From positions 3,264,001-3,328,000 of the forward strand of contig CAVOFT010000001.1 in NCBI GenBank assembly GCA_963695095.1: a stretch of DNA of 64,000 nt, written 5' to 3'. The stretch comes from an uncultured bacterium. Lineage in GTDB: Bacteria > Krumholzibacteriota > Krumholzibacteriia > JACNKJ01. The number at the start of each line of letters is the position of its first letter. The stretch's first letter is position 1. The notes beneath the pieces are model-generated. The model saw nothing but the letters and a program-made list of their open reading frames with translations, was not told the origin of the DNA and did not search any database. Shown piece after piece: positions 10,453-18,903 of the stretch. The position numbers and the translations under genes were made by a program.

Positions 10453-11900
10453 AGGCTCCCCTTTCGATGCACCGCGCCCTGCTCAGCGGCACCACGCTCG
10501 GCCTCCTGCTCGTGCTGGCCAGCGCCGGTTTCGTGCTGGAGCGCAGCGCGCGGCGGGCGCTCTACGGCCAGCTCGACCGCGAGCTGGCGAGCAAGGCACG
10601 GCTGCTGGCCTCCACCGTCGAGCAGGACGCCGATGGCATCGATCTCGGCTACGACGACCTGGACCTCAGCGAGTTCGAGGCCGAGATCGACCCGGCCCTG
10701 CTGCAGGTGAGCCTCACGAGTGGCAAGCTGCTCTACGCGTCGCCGAGCTGCGAGGGGCTCGTCATCGCGCCGCCCGCGGAGCTGCGCGCCGGCGAGCCCC
10801 GCTTCAGCAACCTGCGCGGGCCGCGAAGCCGGCGCCTGCGCGCGGCGCTGCTGAGCTTCCGCCCCCGCGTGGACCTCGACGAGCCCGGCGCGCCCGATCC
10901 GGCCTCGGTGGCGACGCTGGTGATCTTCCTCGCCCGCGGTACGCAGCCGATCGCAGCCCTGCTCGCCGAGCTGCGCCTCGCCCTGCTCTTGGTGGGGATC
11001 GGCGCCGTGGCCCTCGGCGTGCTGATCCAGGCCGCGGTGATCCGGCGTGCGCTCTCGCCCCTGAACCGCCTGGCCGGGGAGATCGCCGGCCTGGGCGAGC
11101 GGCGCCTCGCCGTGCGCGTCAAGACAGCGGGGGCGCCCGCGGAGCTGGCCCCCGTGATTGCGCGGCTCAATGCGCTGCTCGCCGAGCTCGAGACGGCCTT
11201 CACGCGCGAGAAGACCTTCAGCGCCGACATCGCCCATGAGCTGCGCACGCCGCTGGCCGGCCTGCGCACGACGATCGAGGTGGAGCTCTCGCAGGCGCGC
11301 CCCGCTGAGGACTACCGGCGCGCGCTCGAGGAATCGCTGGTCATGTCGCTGCGCCTGCAGCAGCTCGTCGAGTCCCTGCTGCAGCTAGCGCAGCTGGAGG
11401 CGGGGCGGGTGCGGGCCGAGGCGCGGCCCGTGGATCTGACCGAGCTCCTGAGTGAACTCTGGGCGCCCCTGGCCGCGCAGGCCGCGGAGCGCGGACTCGG
11501 GCGCGACTGGCAGCTGCCCGAGCGCGCGCCGGCGGCCACCGATCCCGAGCTGGCCGCCACCCTGCTGCGCAACCTGCTCGAGAACGCCGTCGTTCACGCC
11601 GACGCCGGTGGCCAGGTGGCCGTGGCGCTGGGCGCCGCCCCCGGGGGCGGCTGGCGCTGCACGATCGCCAACAGCGGCAGCGCCGTCAGCGACGCCGAGC
11701 TGCCTGGCTTGATGGAGCGCTTTGCCCGCGGCGATACCGCCCGCGAGGCCGAGGGCGGCCACTTCGGGCTGGGTCTGGCCCTGGCGGGGCGCATCGCCGG
11801 CCTGCTGGGCGTGGACTTCGCTCTGGCGAGCAGCCCGGGCGGGGAGTTCCGGGCCAGCCTCGAATTCCCCGCCCGCCTGAGCGATGTACAGCCCGCTTGA
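10449..11900 (+). CDS. Sensor histidine kinase (2 TM, HAMP, HisKA, HATPase)
   Basis: ATGA overlap; AHELRTPL, NLLENA, GLGLA boxes. Confidence 0.95.
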   Translation: MKAPLSMHRALLSGTTLGLLLVLASAGFVLERSARRALYGQLDRELASKARLLASTVEQDADGIDLGYDDLDLSEFEAEIDPALLQVSLTSGKLLYASPSCEGLVIAPPAELRAGEPRFSNLRGPRSRRLRAALLSFRPRVDLDEPGAPDPASVATLVIFLARGTQPIAALLAELRLALLLVGIGAVALGVLIQAAVIRRALSPLNRLAGEIAGLGERRLAVRVKTAGAPAELAPVIARLNALLAELETAFTREKTFSADIAHELRTPLAGLRTTIEVELSQARPAEDYRRALEESLVMSLRLQQLVESLLQLAQLEAGRVRAEARPVDLTELLSELWAPLAAQAAERGLGRDWQLPERAPAATDPELAATLLRNLLENAVVHADAGGQVAVALGAAPGGGWRCTIANSGSAVSDAELPGLMERFARGDTAREAEGGHFGLGLALAGRIAGLLGVDFALASSPGGEFRASLEFPARLSDVQPA

Positions 11901-11925
11901 CAATATGTAAAGCTAGCTGTACACT
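11885..11925 (+). promoter_or_regulatory. Sigma70 promoter overlapped by two 18-bp operator-like palindromes
   Basis: TTGACA 11897-11902, 17 bp, TACACT 11920-11925; TGTACAGCCCGCTTGACA and TGTAAAGCTAGCTGTACA. Confidence 0.8.
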
Positions 11926-11931
11926 ACGGGC

Positions 11932-12168
11932 ATGGCTCCCAAGACCGGCATCAAGGTCCACCTGAAGCAGCACCGGCTGGCGACCGCGGGCATGACCCAG
12001 CAGGAGCTGGCCGAGCGCGTGGGTGTGAGCCGGCAGACCATTCTCTCCATCGAGCGGGGCCGCTACCGGCCCTCCATCGAACTCGCCCTGGCCCTGGCGC
12101 GGGTTTTCGGCGTGCCAGTGGAGACCCTCTTTGCACTCGACGACGGGACGGTGCCCGATGAACGCTGA
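11932..12168 (+). CDS. XRE-family HTH transcriptional regulator
   Basis: MTQQELAERVGVSRQTILSIERGRYRPSIELALALARVF. Confidence 0.95.
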   Translation: MAPKTGIKVHLKQHRLATAGMTQQELAERVGVSRQTILSIERGRYRPSIELALALARVFGVPVETLFALDDGTVPDER

Positions 12169-12421
12169 ACCGCGCCTGCGCTGGGGCCTGCCCCGCGCCG
12201 CCTGGATCGCCTTCGGCCTCATGCTGCTCGGCTTCCTGGTGGCGGTGCTCATCGCGCGCCGCTATCCTCTGGTCGGCGGGCTCTTTCTCCTGCTGCTCGC
12301 CGCGCTGACCCTGGCCGCTCTGCGCAGCGGCCCGGAGGAGACGCGCCTCAGCTTCGGGGCGCTGCTCGTCACGCCGCCCTTGATCGCGGGGGCGGCGCTG
12401 ATCCGCGAGGGAGAGCACTGA
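12158..12421 (+). CDS. Small membrane protein (about 3 TM)
   Basis: Overlaps the XRE stop; hydrophobic helices; coupled to next gene via TGATG. Confidence 0.7.
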   Translation: MNAEPRLRWGLPRAAWIAFGLMLLGFLVAVLIARRYPLVGGLFLLLLAALTLAALRSGPEETRLSFGALLVTPPLIAGAALIREGEH

Positions 12422-12939
12422 TGACGGCCCCCCTGCTGTTCTGCTTGGCGCTCGCCACCGCGGCGCCCGCGCGCGCGGACGTCGCTCCGCGCTACGACTT
12501 CGACAACCAGACGCGCATCGTCGTGGGCCTGACCCTGAGCGGGCACCTCCTGATCAGCGCCGGGGTCGAGCATCTGGCCAGCAAGGCCTGGTCCCTGCGC
12601 GGCGAGTTGCTCTGGGCGATCGCCGATGTCCCCACCTTCGGCGTCCAGGGCGACCTGACCCGGCGCTGGCCCGTCGACGGCGAGTCGGCGAGCCGCCCCA
12701 GCGCCAGGGGCCGCTGGGGCCAGCTCAGCGTCGGGCACCTGCAGCTCTTCGCCCGCGAGGAGCCCGGGCGCTGGCGCCGGCTTCGACTCTGGCACCTTTC
12801 GCCCGGCCTGCGCTGGGGTCTGGACGATGCCGGCACCCTCGACCTCGAGCTGCCGATCGCCTGGTTTCACGAGCGGCGGCGCATCCAGCCCATCGGCCTG
12901 CAAGCGCGCTGGCAGGACGTGGATCCTCTGATCGACTAG
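12421..12939 (+). CDS. Hypothetical secreted protein (possible small beta-barrel)
   Basis: Signal peptide ending ARA; alternating beta-strand pattern. Confidence 0.65.
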   Translation: MTAPLLFCLALATAAPARADVAPRYDFDNQTRIVVGLTLSGHLLISAGVEHLASKAWSLRGELLWAIADVPTFGVQGDLTRRWPVDGESASRPSARGRWGQLSVGHLQLFAREEPGRWRRLRLWHLSPGLRWGLDDAGTLDLELPIAWFHERRRIQPIGLQARWQDVDPLID

Positions 12940-12989
12940 GCGCGCAGTGTCCCGAGCGCTCGCGCAGCCACAGCCGAAAGGAACCGGCC

Positions 12990-13370
12990 ATGCCTCTCGT
13001 CCGCTTCGACAAGCTGATTCTCTACGTCTCGGACATGGCGCGCATGGTCGCCTTCTACCGCGATGCGCTCGGCCTTGAACTCACGCATCCCACGGGTCTC
13101 GACAATGAGGTGCTGGCCCGCGAGGTCTGGGTGACTCTCGACCTCGGCCGCGGCTGCACGCTCGCCCTGCATGCGGGCGGCCAGGGGCGCCAGGGCGAGG
13201 ATGCGCCCACGCTGGTCTTCCAGGTGACGGACATCGCCACCGCCGGCGCGGCCCTCAGCGCGGCCGGAGCGCGCCTGGCTCCGCCCTTCGCGGCGGCGCC
13301 GGGGCTGCTGGTCGCCAAGGGCCGCGATCCGGAGGGCAACGCCTTCTCCCTGGAGGCCGCCGCGAGCTAG
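12990..13370 (+). CDS. VOC/glyoxalase family protein
   Basis: LYVSDMAR..AFYRDALGL and DPEGN motifs. Confidence 0.9.
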   Translation: MPLVRFDKLILYVSDMARMVAFYRDALGLELTHPTGLDNEVLAREVWVTLDLGRGCTLALHAGGQGRQGEDAPTLVFQVTDIATAGAALSAAGARLAPPFAAAPGLLVAKGRDPEGNAFSLEAAAS

Positions 13371-13396
13371 CCCGTGCGGCGCGCGTGCCGGCCCCG

Positions 13397-13912
13397 CTAG
13401 GCGCCCCCCTCCGCGCCGCTCTCGGCGCCGATCGACAGGGGCGGCATGCTGCGCACGAAACCCAGGCGCTCGTAGCAGCGCTGGGCGCCCTCGTTCTCCT
13501 CGAAGACCATCAGGAAGCAGCGCGCGAGGCCCTGCGCCGCGAGCAGCGCGAGCACGCGCGTTACGGCCGCGCTCGCCAGCCCCCGCCGCCGGTGGGCGGG
13601 CAGCGTGTAGACCTGATTGAGGTAGCCCGTGGCCGACGAGAGCGCGATGGCCACGAGGGTATCCCCTCGGTAGACCAGCTGACCGCGCCCCTCGCCGTAG
13701 GTGCCGCCGGGGTCGGCGGCGAAGAGCATGGAGCGCTCGCAGAGGCCCTGGTCCCAGGGGCCGGCCGTGTAGGCGGGATCGGGGCAGCGGAGCATCAGCG
13801 CGATGCAGGCGTCCCAGTCCTCGTAGGCGTAGGGGCGCACCTGATAGTCCGCGGGCAGCGGCAGGGGCGCTACCTGGTCGAGATGCGTGTGGTCCATGCG
13901 CAGCATGCGCAT
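13397..13912 (-). CDS. GNAT acetyltransferase
   Basis: PAHRRRGLA motif A; N..AQRCYERLGF. Confidence 0.9.
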   Translation of the reverse strand: MRMLRMDHTHLDQVAPLPLPADYQVRPYAYEDWDACIALMLRCPDPAYTAGPWDQGLCERSMLFAADPGGTYGEGRGQLVYRGDTLVAIALSSATGYLNQVYTLPAHRRRGLASAAVTRVLALLAAQGLARCFLMVFEENEGAQRCYERLGFVRSMPPLSIGAESGAEGGA

Positions 13913-13923
13913 GGCGGGCCTCC

Positions 13924-15225
13924 TCAGTCGCCGCGCTCGAGCTGGTCCCAGAGCGCCGCCGCCGCCACGCGGAGGCCGATCTCCAGGGCCGCCTCGTCGG
14001 GCGTGTAGGTCGCCGTGTGCAGACTGGCCGCTCCGCTCGTGCCGCCGGGCGGCGCCGTGCCCAGCCGGAACTGGAAGCCGGGCACCTCGCGGCCGTAGTA
14101 GGCGAAGTCCTCGCCGCCCATGCCGGGCAGGTAGGCCTGCGGCGCCGCGGGGCCAAGCACGCGCTCGACCACGGCCATCACCTGCTTGACGAGGGCGGGG
14201 TCGTTGTAGCCGGCCGCGGTGCCGAAGTAGTACTCGAGCGCCGGCTCGGGCGCGCCGGCGGCGGCGGCGAGGCCGTTCACGGTGCGCGTCACCTTGTCGG
14301 CCAGGGCCTGCCGCGTGCTGTCGTCCTGGCTGCGCACGGTGGCCTCGATGAGGACCTCGCTCGGAATCACGTTGCTCTTCGCTCCGCCTTCGATGCGGCC
14401 CACCGAGATGACGGCGTGGCGGTTCACGTCGATCTCGCGGGCCACGAGGGTCTGGAAGGCGATCACCATCTCGGCGGCCAGGGTGACGGGATCCGTGCCC
14501 CGGTGCGGATAGGCGCCGTGGCCGCCCTCGCCCTTCACGGTGAGGACGAAGCCGTCCACGTTGGCCGTCGCCCAGCCCGGGCAGTAGCCGATCTGCCCCA
14601 CTTCCAGCGTGGGGTGCACGTGCAGGGCGAGGATGCTCCTGGGCCGCCGGCCCTCGGCGAAGAGCCCGGCGGCGAGCAGCTGCGTGGAGCCGGCACCGAT
14701 CTCCTCGGCCGGCTGGAAGACGAGCATCAGCGTGCCGGGCAGCTCGGCGCGCAGCGCGCTCGCGAGCCGCGCCAGGCCGAGGCCCACGGCCATGTGGATG
14801 TCGTGCCCGCAGGCGTGCATCACGCCGGCTTCACGGCCCCCGCTGACCGTGTCCCTGCGCGTGCAGGCGAAGTCGAGGCCGGTGGCCTCGGTGAGGGGCA
14901 GCGCGTCCATGTCCGCGCGCCAGGCAACCAGGGGCCCGCTCTTGCCGCCGCGGATGAGCGCTACCAGCCCCGTGCCCCAATCGCCCGGCACCAGCTCGAC
15001 GCCGGGCAGCGCGGCGAGCTGCTTGCGGAGATAGGCCTGGGTCTCGATCTCGCGCAGGGAGAGCTCGGCGTGGGCGTGCAGCCAGTGGCGGTCGGCCTGC
15101 ATGGTGTCGGCGAGACGGGCCGCAGCGGCGTCGAGGTCCGGCGCGGAGAAGGCGGCCGGCGCGAGGGCGGCGGCTATCGCGAAGGCAGCAAGGGCGAGCG
15201 AGAGCAAGCGGGCAGCGCGGCGCAT
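13924..15225 (-). CDS. M20D-family amidohydrolase, secreted
   Basis: RADMDALP, HACGHD, FQPAEE and GGEDF motifs; signal peptide from ATG 15225. Confidence 0.93.
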   Translation of the reverse strand: MRRAARLLSLALAAFAIAAALAPAAFSAPDLDAAAARLADTMQADRHWLHAHAELSLREIETQAYLRKQLAALPGVELVPGDWGTGLVALIRGGKSGPLVAWRADMDALPLTEATGLDFACTRRDTVSGGREAGVMHACGHDIHMAVGLGLARLASALRAELPGTLMLVFQPAEEIGAGSTQLLAAGLFAEGRRPRSILALHVHPTLEVGQIGYCPGWATANVDGFVLTVKGEGGHGAYPHRGTDPVTLAAEMVIAFQTLVAREIDVNRHAVISVGRIEGGAKSNVIPSEVLIEATVRSQDDSTRQALADKVTRTVNGLAAAAGAPEPALEYYFGTAAGYNDPALVKQVMAVVERVLGPAAPQAYLPGMGGEDFAYYGREVPGFQFRLGTAPPGGTSGAASLHTATYTPDEAALEIGLRVAAAALWDQLERGD

Positions 15226-15307
15226 GGGGCTCCTTTCGCTGGCCGGCAGTCTAGCGCAGCGACAGGCCCGCGGGAACCCCTTTGGCGCAGGGGCCGCAGC
15301 GGCGCAC

Positions 15308-16018
15308 TCAGCGCGGGGAGACCGCAAGCAACTGCGCGATGGCCCCCGCGAGCTGGTCCGGGCGATCAACCGTGAGATCCGGCGCTTCACTAGGCCCACG
15401 CGGTTCCTGGGCGGCATGCGAGCCGTGGACAAGGCGCAGCGTGCGCATGCCGAGGCGCTTGGCCGGCAGCACGTCGTTGTCGATGCGGTCGCCCACCATG
15501 AGGCAGTCGGCGGCATCGGCGCCGGCGGCCGCGAGCAGCGCGAGGAAGAAGCGCGGGTCGGGCTTGGCCAGCTCGAGGGTCTCGGAGACCTCCTTCACCG
15601 CGAAGTGGCGCAGCAGCCCCAGCGCTTCCAGCCGCATCAGGGCCCGCGGCGAGTTGTTGCTGGCGAGCACGAGCTGATGCCCGGCCGCGGCGAGCGCCTC
15701 GAGCAGGGGCGCCGTGGCGGCGAAGGGCGTCGTGAAGCCGGCGTACTCGGCGTCACTGAGCGCATCCCAGCGCGCGCGGACTTCCCCGATGATGATGGCC
15801 GTGAGCGCGGCATCGCCGCCCGTGAGCGTGGCGATCACCGCGCGCCAGGCGCTGGGCGCGAAGTCGGCCACGGCCTGGGCGTGGGCGGCGGCGAGGTCGT
15901 CATCGGTGACACGGAAGCTGCGGGCGCGCAGGGCGGTGCCGATGTTGGCCAGCGTCAGCGCGTCGCCGGCCTCGTCGCTCCAGAGCACGTTGCCGATGTC
16001 GAAGAGGAGGGTGGGCAT
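15308..16018 (-). CDS. HAD-superfamily hydrolase
   Basis: LLFDIGNVL, KPDP and VGDRIDND motifs. Confidence 0.88.
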   Translation of the reverse strand: MPTLLFDIGNVLWSDEAGDALTLANIGTALRARSFRVTDDDLAAAHAQAVADFAPSAWRAVIATLTGGDAALTAIIIGEVRARWDALSDAEYAGFTTPFAATAPLLEALAAAGHQLVLASNNSPRALMRLEALGLLRHFAVKEVSETLELAKPDPRFFLALLAAAGADAADCLMVGDRIDNDVLPAKRLGMRTLRLVHGSHAAQEPRGPSEAPDLTVDRPDQLAGAIAQLLAVSPR

Positions 16019-16062
16019 GGGCCGAAGGTAGCATGGCTCGCGGCGAGGCGGGTACCCTGGCT

Positions 16063-17901
16063 TCAGTACCCGGCACCCGCTGGTGCGAAGTCCGAGCTGC
16101 GCTCCAGCGCCGCTCGGCGCTCGGCGCTCAGGAAGGGCGCCATCTGGGCTTCGGCGAAGGCCGCATCCTGGGTGCCGACATTCGCATACCAGTAGATCGG
16201 CGCCCCGCGCTCGACAAGCCGGCGCTGAAGCGCCAGCAGGCGCTCGGGGCGCTCGCGAAGGGCGCGGGGCGTGAGGCCGGTAGCCAGGCACTCGGCCACC
16301 GCCGCACCCGCCGCCTCGCCGATGGCCCAGTCCACCGGATGCAGGCGGTAGCAGCCGCCGGCGATGCGCGTGGTGCCGATGCAAAGCCCGGCCGCGAGCA
16401 GGTTCTCCGCGCGCCGCGGAATCAACGCGCCCAGGGGAATCTGGAAGGGCCGCGTGGCCGGAGGCGGCAGCACCTCATCGCAGGGGCCGGGGTGGATGTC
16501 GATGCCGTAGGCGCCGATGCCCACCGCATCAGCGAAGAAGCGTCCGCGCAGCGCGCCGCCCAGCTGGGCCGCCGCCACGTCCTGCTCGCGCACGGTGGTG
16601 ATCGCCTTGATGCGCCGCGCCTCGCGGATGTAGGGGTGCAGGGGCAGGCCGTCCTCGCTGCCGAAGAGGTCCTGGCGCAGGCGCAGCTCGGGATAGCCGC
16701 GCCCGCCCGCCCCGCGCGGCCACTCCGTCTGCACCCAGTGGACGAAGCAAAGGCTCTGCTGCTTGGCGGCTTGCAGATGGGCGAGCTGTTCAGCGGGCGT
16801 GCCCGCCAGCAGGCTGCCGCCTCGATAGTCGATGGCCGGCAGGTTCACCAGAGCCAGCTCGTAGGGCTGCGCGTCGCGCGTGAAGAGCTCGCTGTCGATG
16901 AGCCGGCGATAGGTCCAGAGCGACCCCGGTGCACCGGGCGGCACCTCCTCGAGAGCGAGCCCATCGCCGGCCGCGGCAAAGAGGCCAGGCGAAGCCAGCT
17001 CGGCGGGCGCAAAGGCCCCACGCTCCCCACCGCAGCCGGGCGCGGGCGGCAGCAGGTGGCTTTCGCCCGACCGCTTCTCGAGGATGAACGAGTAGGTGAA
17101 GGCCTGCACGCAGTCGGGATTGGCCCGTGCGGGCGCGCTGGGCTCGCCGGTTTCGCTGCGCGCCTCCGCGCCGACGGCGTGTTCGATGCCCGCGAGTGGC
17201 AGCAGATCGCCCAGCGGCGTGGCCTCGATGAAGTAGGCGGCCGCGATGCGGCAGGTCGCGCCCGTGTCGAGATCCACCGCGTCGAGCGCGAGGAGGCGAT
17301 CCCCGGCCAACTCCGTCCGAAAGGCCTTGTGCCGGCGCAGCACGGTGAGCCGCCCCGCCGCGACCTGCGGCGCGAGCAGGCTGTCGAGTGCTGCCGCTCC
17401 CACCGCGGGCTCGCAGGCCAGTCGGCTCGCCCAGCAGTTGCCCGGATTGAAGTCGCCGGCCGTGTCCGGCGCGCGCAGCTGCGGCCGGTAGTGCGCGCGG
17501 ATGCGCGCTCGCAAGTCCTGGTAGCTGCGCGTGGCGCCGCTGGTCTCGACCCAGTAGTTCTCGTCGAGCACCGGCACGCCCTGCGCGCTGAGCTGCCCGC
17601 CCAGCCAGCGCGTCTCCTCCGTGAGGATCACGCGAAGGCCAGCTTCGCAGGCAGCCAGGGCCGCCGCGCTGCCCGCGAGCCCGCCGCCCGCGATGCAGAG
17701 GTCCGCGCGCAGCTCCCGCGCAGGCGCGGTCGCGTCGACCGCGACGAGACGCAGCTCCTGGACATCGAGAAGCGCGATCGACTCGCCGGGCGCGACGCCG
17801 GACCCGCCCCCGGGAGCGGGTTCCGTGCAGAGCGCCACCTGCGCGGGCATTCCGACAAGCAGAACCAGGCAGGCTGTCAGCATCCCTGTCAATCGACGCA
17901 T
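16063..17901 (-). CDS. FAD-dependent oxidoreductase (FAD_oxidored-like), probably exported
   Basis: GGGLAG dinucleotide motif, WLGGQLS.QGV, PYIREARR, RLHPVDW.IGEAAG; signal peptide. Confidence 0.9.
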   Translation of the reverse strand: MRRLTGMLTACLVLLVGMPAQVALCTEPAPGGGSGVAPGESIALLDVQELRLVAVDATAPARELRADLCIAGGGLAGSAAALAACEAGLRVILTEETRWLGGQLSAQGVPVLDENYWVETSGATRSYQDLRARIRAHYRPQLRAPDTAGDFNPGNCWASRLACEPAVGAAALDSLLAPQVAAGRLTVLRRHKAFRTELAGDRLLALDAVDLDTGATCRIAAAYFIEATPLGDLLPLAGIEHAVGAEARSETGEPSAPARANPDCVQAFTYSFILEKRSGESHLLPPAPGCGGERGAFAPAELASPGLFAAAGDGLALEEVPPGAPGSLWTYRRLIDSELFTRDAQPYELALVNLPAIDYRGGSLLAGTPAEQLAHLQAAKQQSLCFVHWVQTEWPRGAGGRGYPELRLRQDLFGSEDGLPLHPYIREARRIKAITTVREQDVAAAQLGGALRGRFFADAVGIGAYGIDIHPGPCDEVLPPPATRPFQIPLGALIPRRAENLLAAGLCIGTTRIAGGCYRLHPVDWAIGEAAGAAVAECLATGLTPRALRERPERLLALQRRLVERGAPIYWYANVGTQDAAFAEAQMAPFLSAERRAALERSSDFAPAGAGY

Positions 17902-17981
17902 GCCGCCAGGATACCGCCAACGCGCGTGGCCGGCAATCGGACGCCGCAAACGCCGAGACCTCGCAGTGAGCGCCGGGGAGA

Positions 17982-18022
17982 TTGCCACGTGGCAACTCGG
18001 GCCCGACTTGTCACGTGACAAG
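17982..18022. promoter_or_regulatory. Two tandem perfect palindromes TTGYCACGTGRCAA
   Basis: TTGCCACGTGGCAA 17982-17995 and CTTGTCACGTGACAAG 18007-18022, in a divergent intergenic region. Confidence 0.6.
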
Positions 18023-18158
18023 CCCGCGGGGCGCTCCAACGGTTTCCCATCGGACAGCGCAGCCCGGAATCGATGAATTTCCGCCGCCCGACTTCCCTCG
18101 CCCAGCGCACATGGAGTACGCTCTTCAGCCTGCCCCGCAGCCCCCGAGGTAGCTCGCC

Positions 18159-18650
18159 ATGAACTACCAGTCGCGCGCTCGCCTGCTCGGACTGCCGCTC
18201 GTCCACATCGCCACCGGCCAGCACCTGGACGGCGGCTACCGGCGCGGCATCGCCAAGGGCTGGATCGCCATCGGCGACATCGCCATCGGCGTGCTCTTCG
18301 GTGCGGGCGGCCTGGCGACGGGCGCCGTCTGCGTGGGCGGCCTCGCGGCCGGCGGCCTGGCCATCGGCGGGCTGGTCATGGGCCTGGCCGCAGTGGGCGG
18401 CCTCGCCTTCGGGTTCCTCGCCGTGGGCGGCGCCGCGCTCGGCAGCTCGGGCGCCCTGGGTGGACTCGCCATCGCCGGCGAGTTCGCGCGCGGGGGCGTC
18501 GCCCTCGCCTTCCACGCCAACGACCTCAGCGCCGACGAGTACTTCAACGGCCATCCCTTCTTCCGCAGCGCCTCACTGCTCATGCAGTACTCGATGGCGC
18601 TGGTCGCGCTGGTTTTCGTCCTCGCGCGGCTCGTGCGACGGGGCCGCTAG
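18159..18650 (+). CDS. Gly/Ala-rich membrane protein
   Basis: GLPLVHIA...AKGWIAIGDIAIG followed by repeated GGLA units; GAGG RBS. Confidence 0.8.
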   Translation: MNYQSRARLLGLPLVHIATGQHLDGGYRRGIAKGWIAIGDIAIGVLFGAGGLATGAVCVGGLAAGGLAIGGLVMGLAAVGGLAFGFLAVGGAALGSSGALGGLAIAGEFARGGVALAFHANDLSADEYFNGHPFFRSASLLMQYSMALVALVFVLARLVRRGR

Positions 18651-18903
18651 CGCCGCGGGGCCCGACCCGCGCGAGGGGCCTCATGCCCCGCACGATCGCT
18701 CTCCTGCGCGCCATCGACATGGGCGGCCCCAGGGTCGCCATGGACGCCCGGCGCCGGAATCATGCAATGTAGGAATTCACACAATATGAGTGATATTACA
18801 GACCAATCTAGCTTGGTACATGGTAGAATTGCGGAATCTCCGGGTACTCCGGGCGCTTGATTCACGGCCCCACGCGGGCCGCAGCGACGATGGAGGACCT
18901 CAC

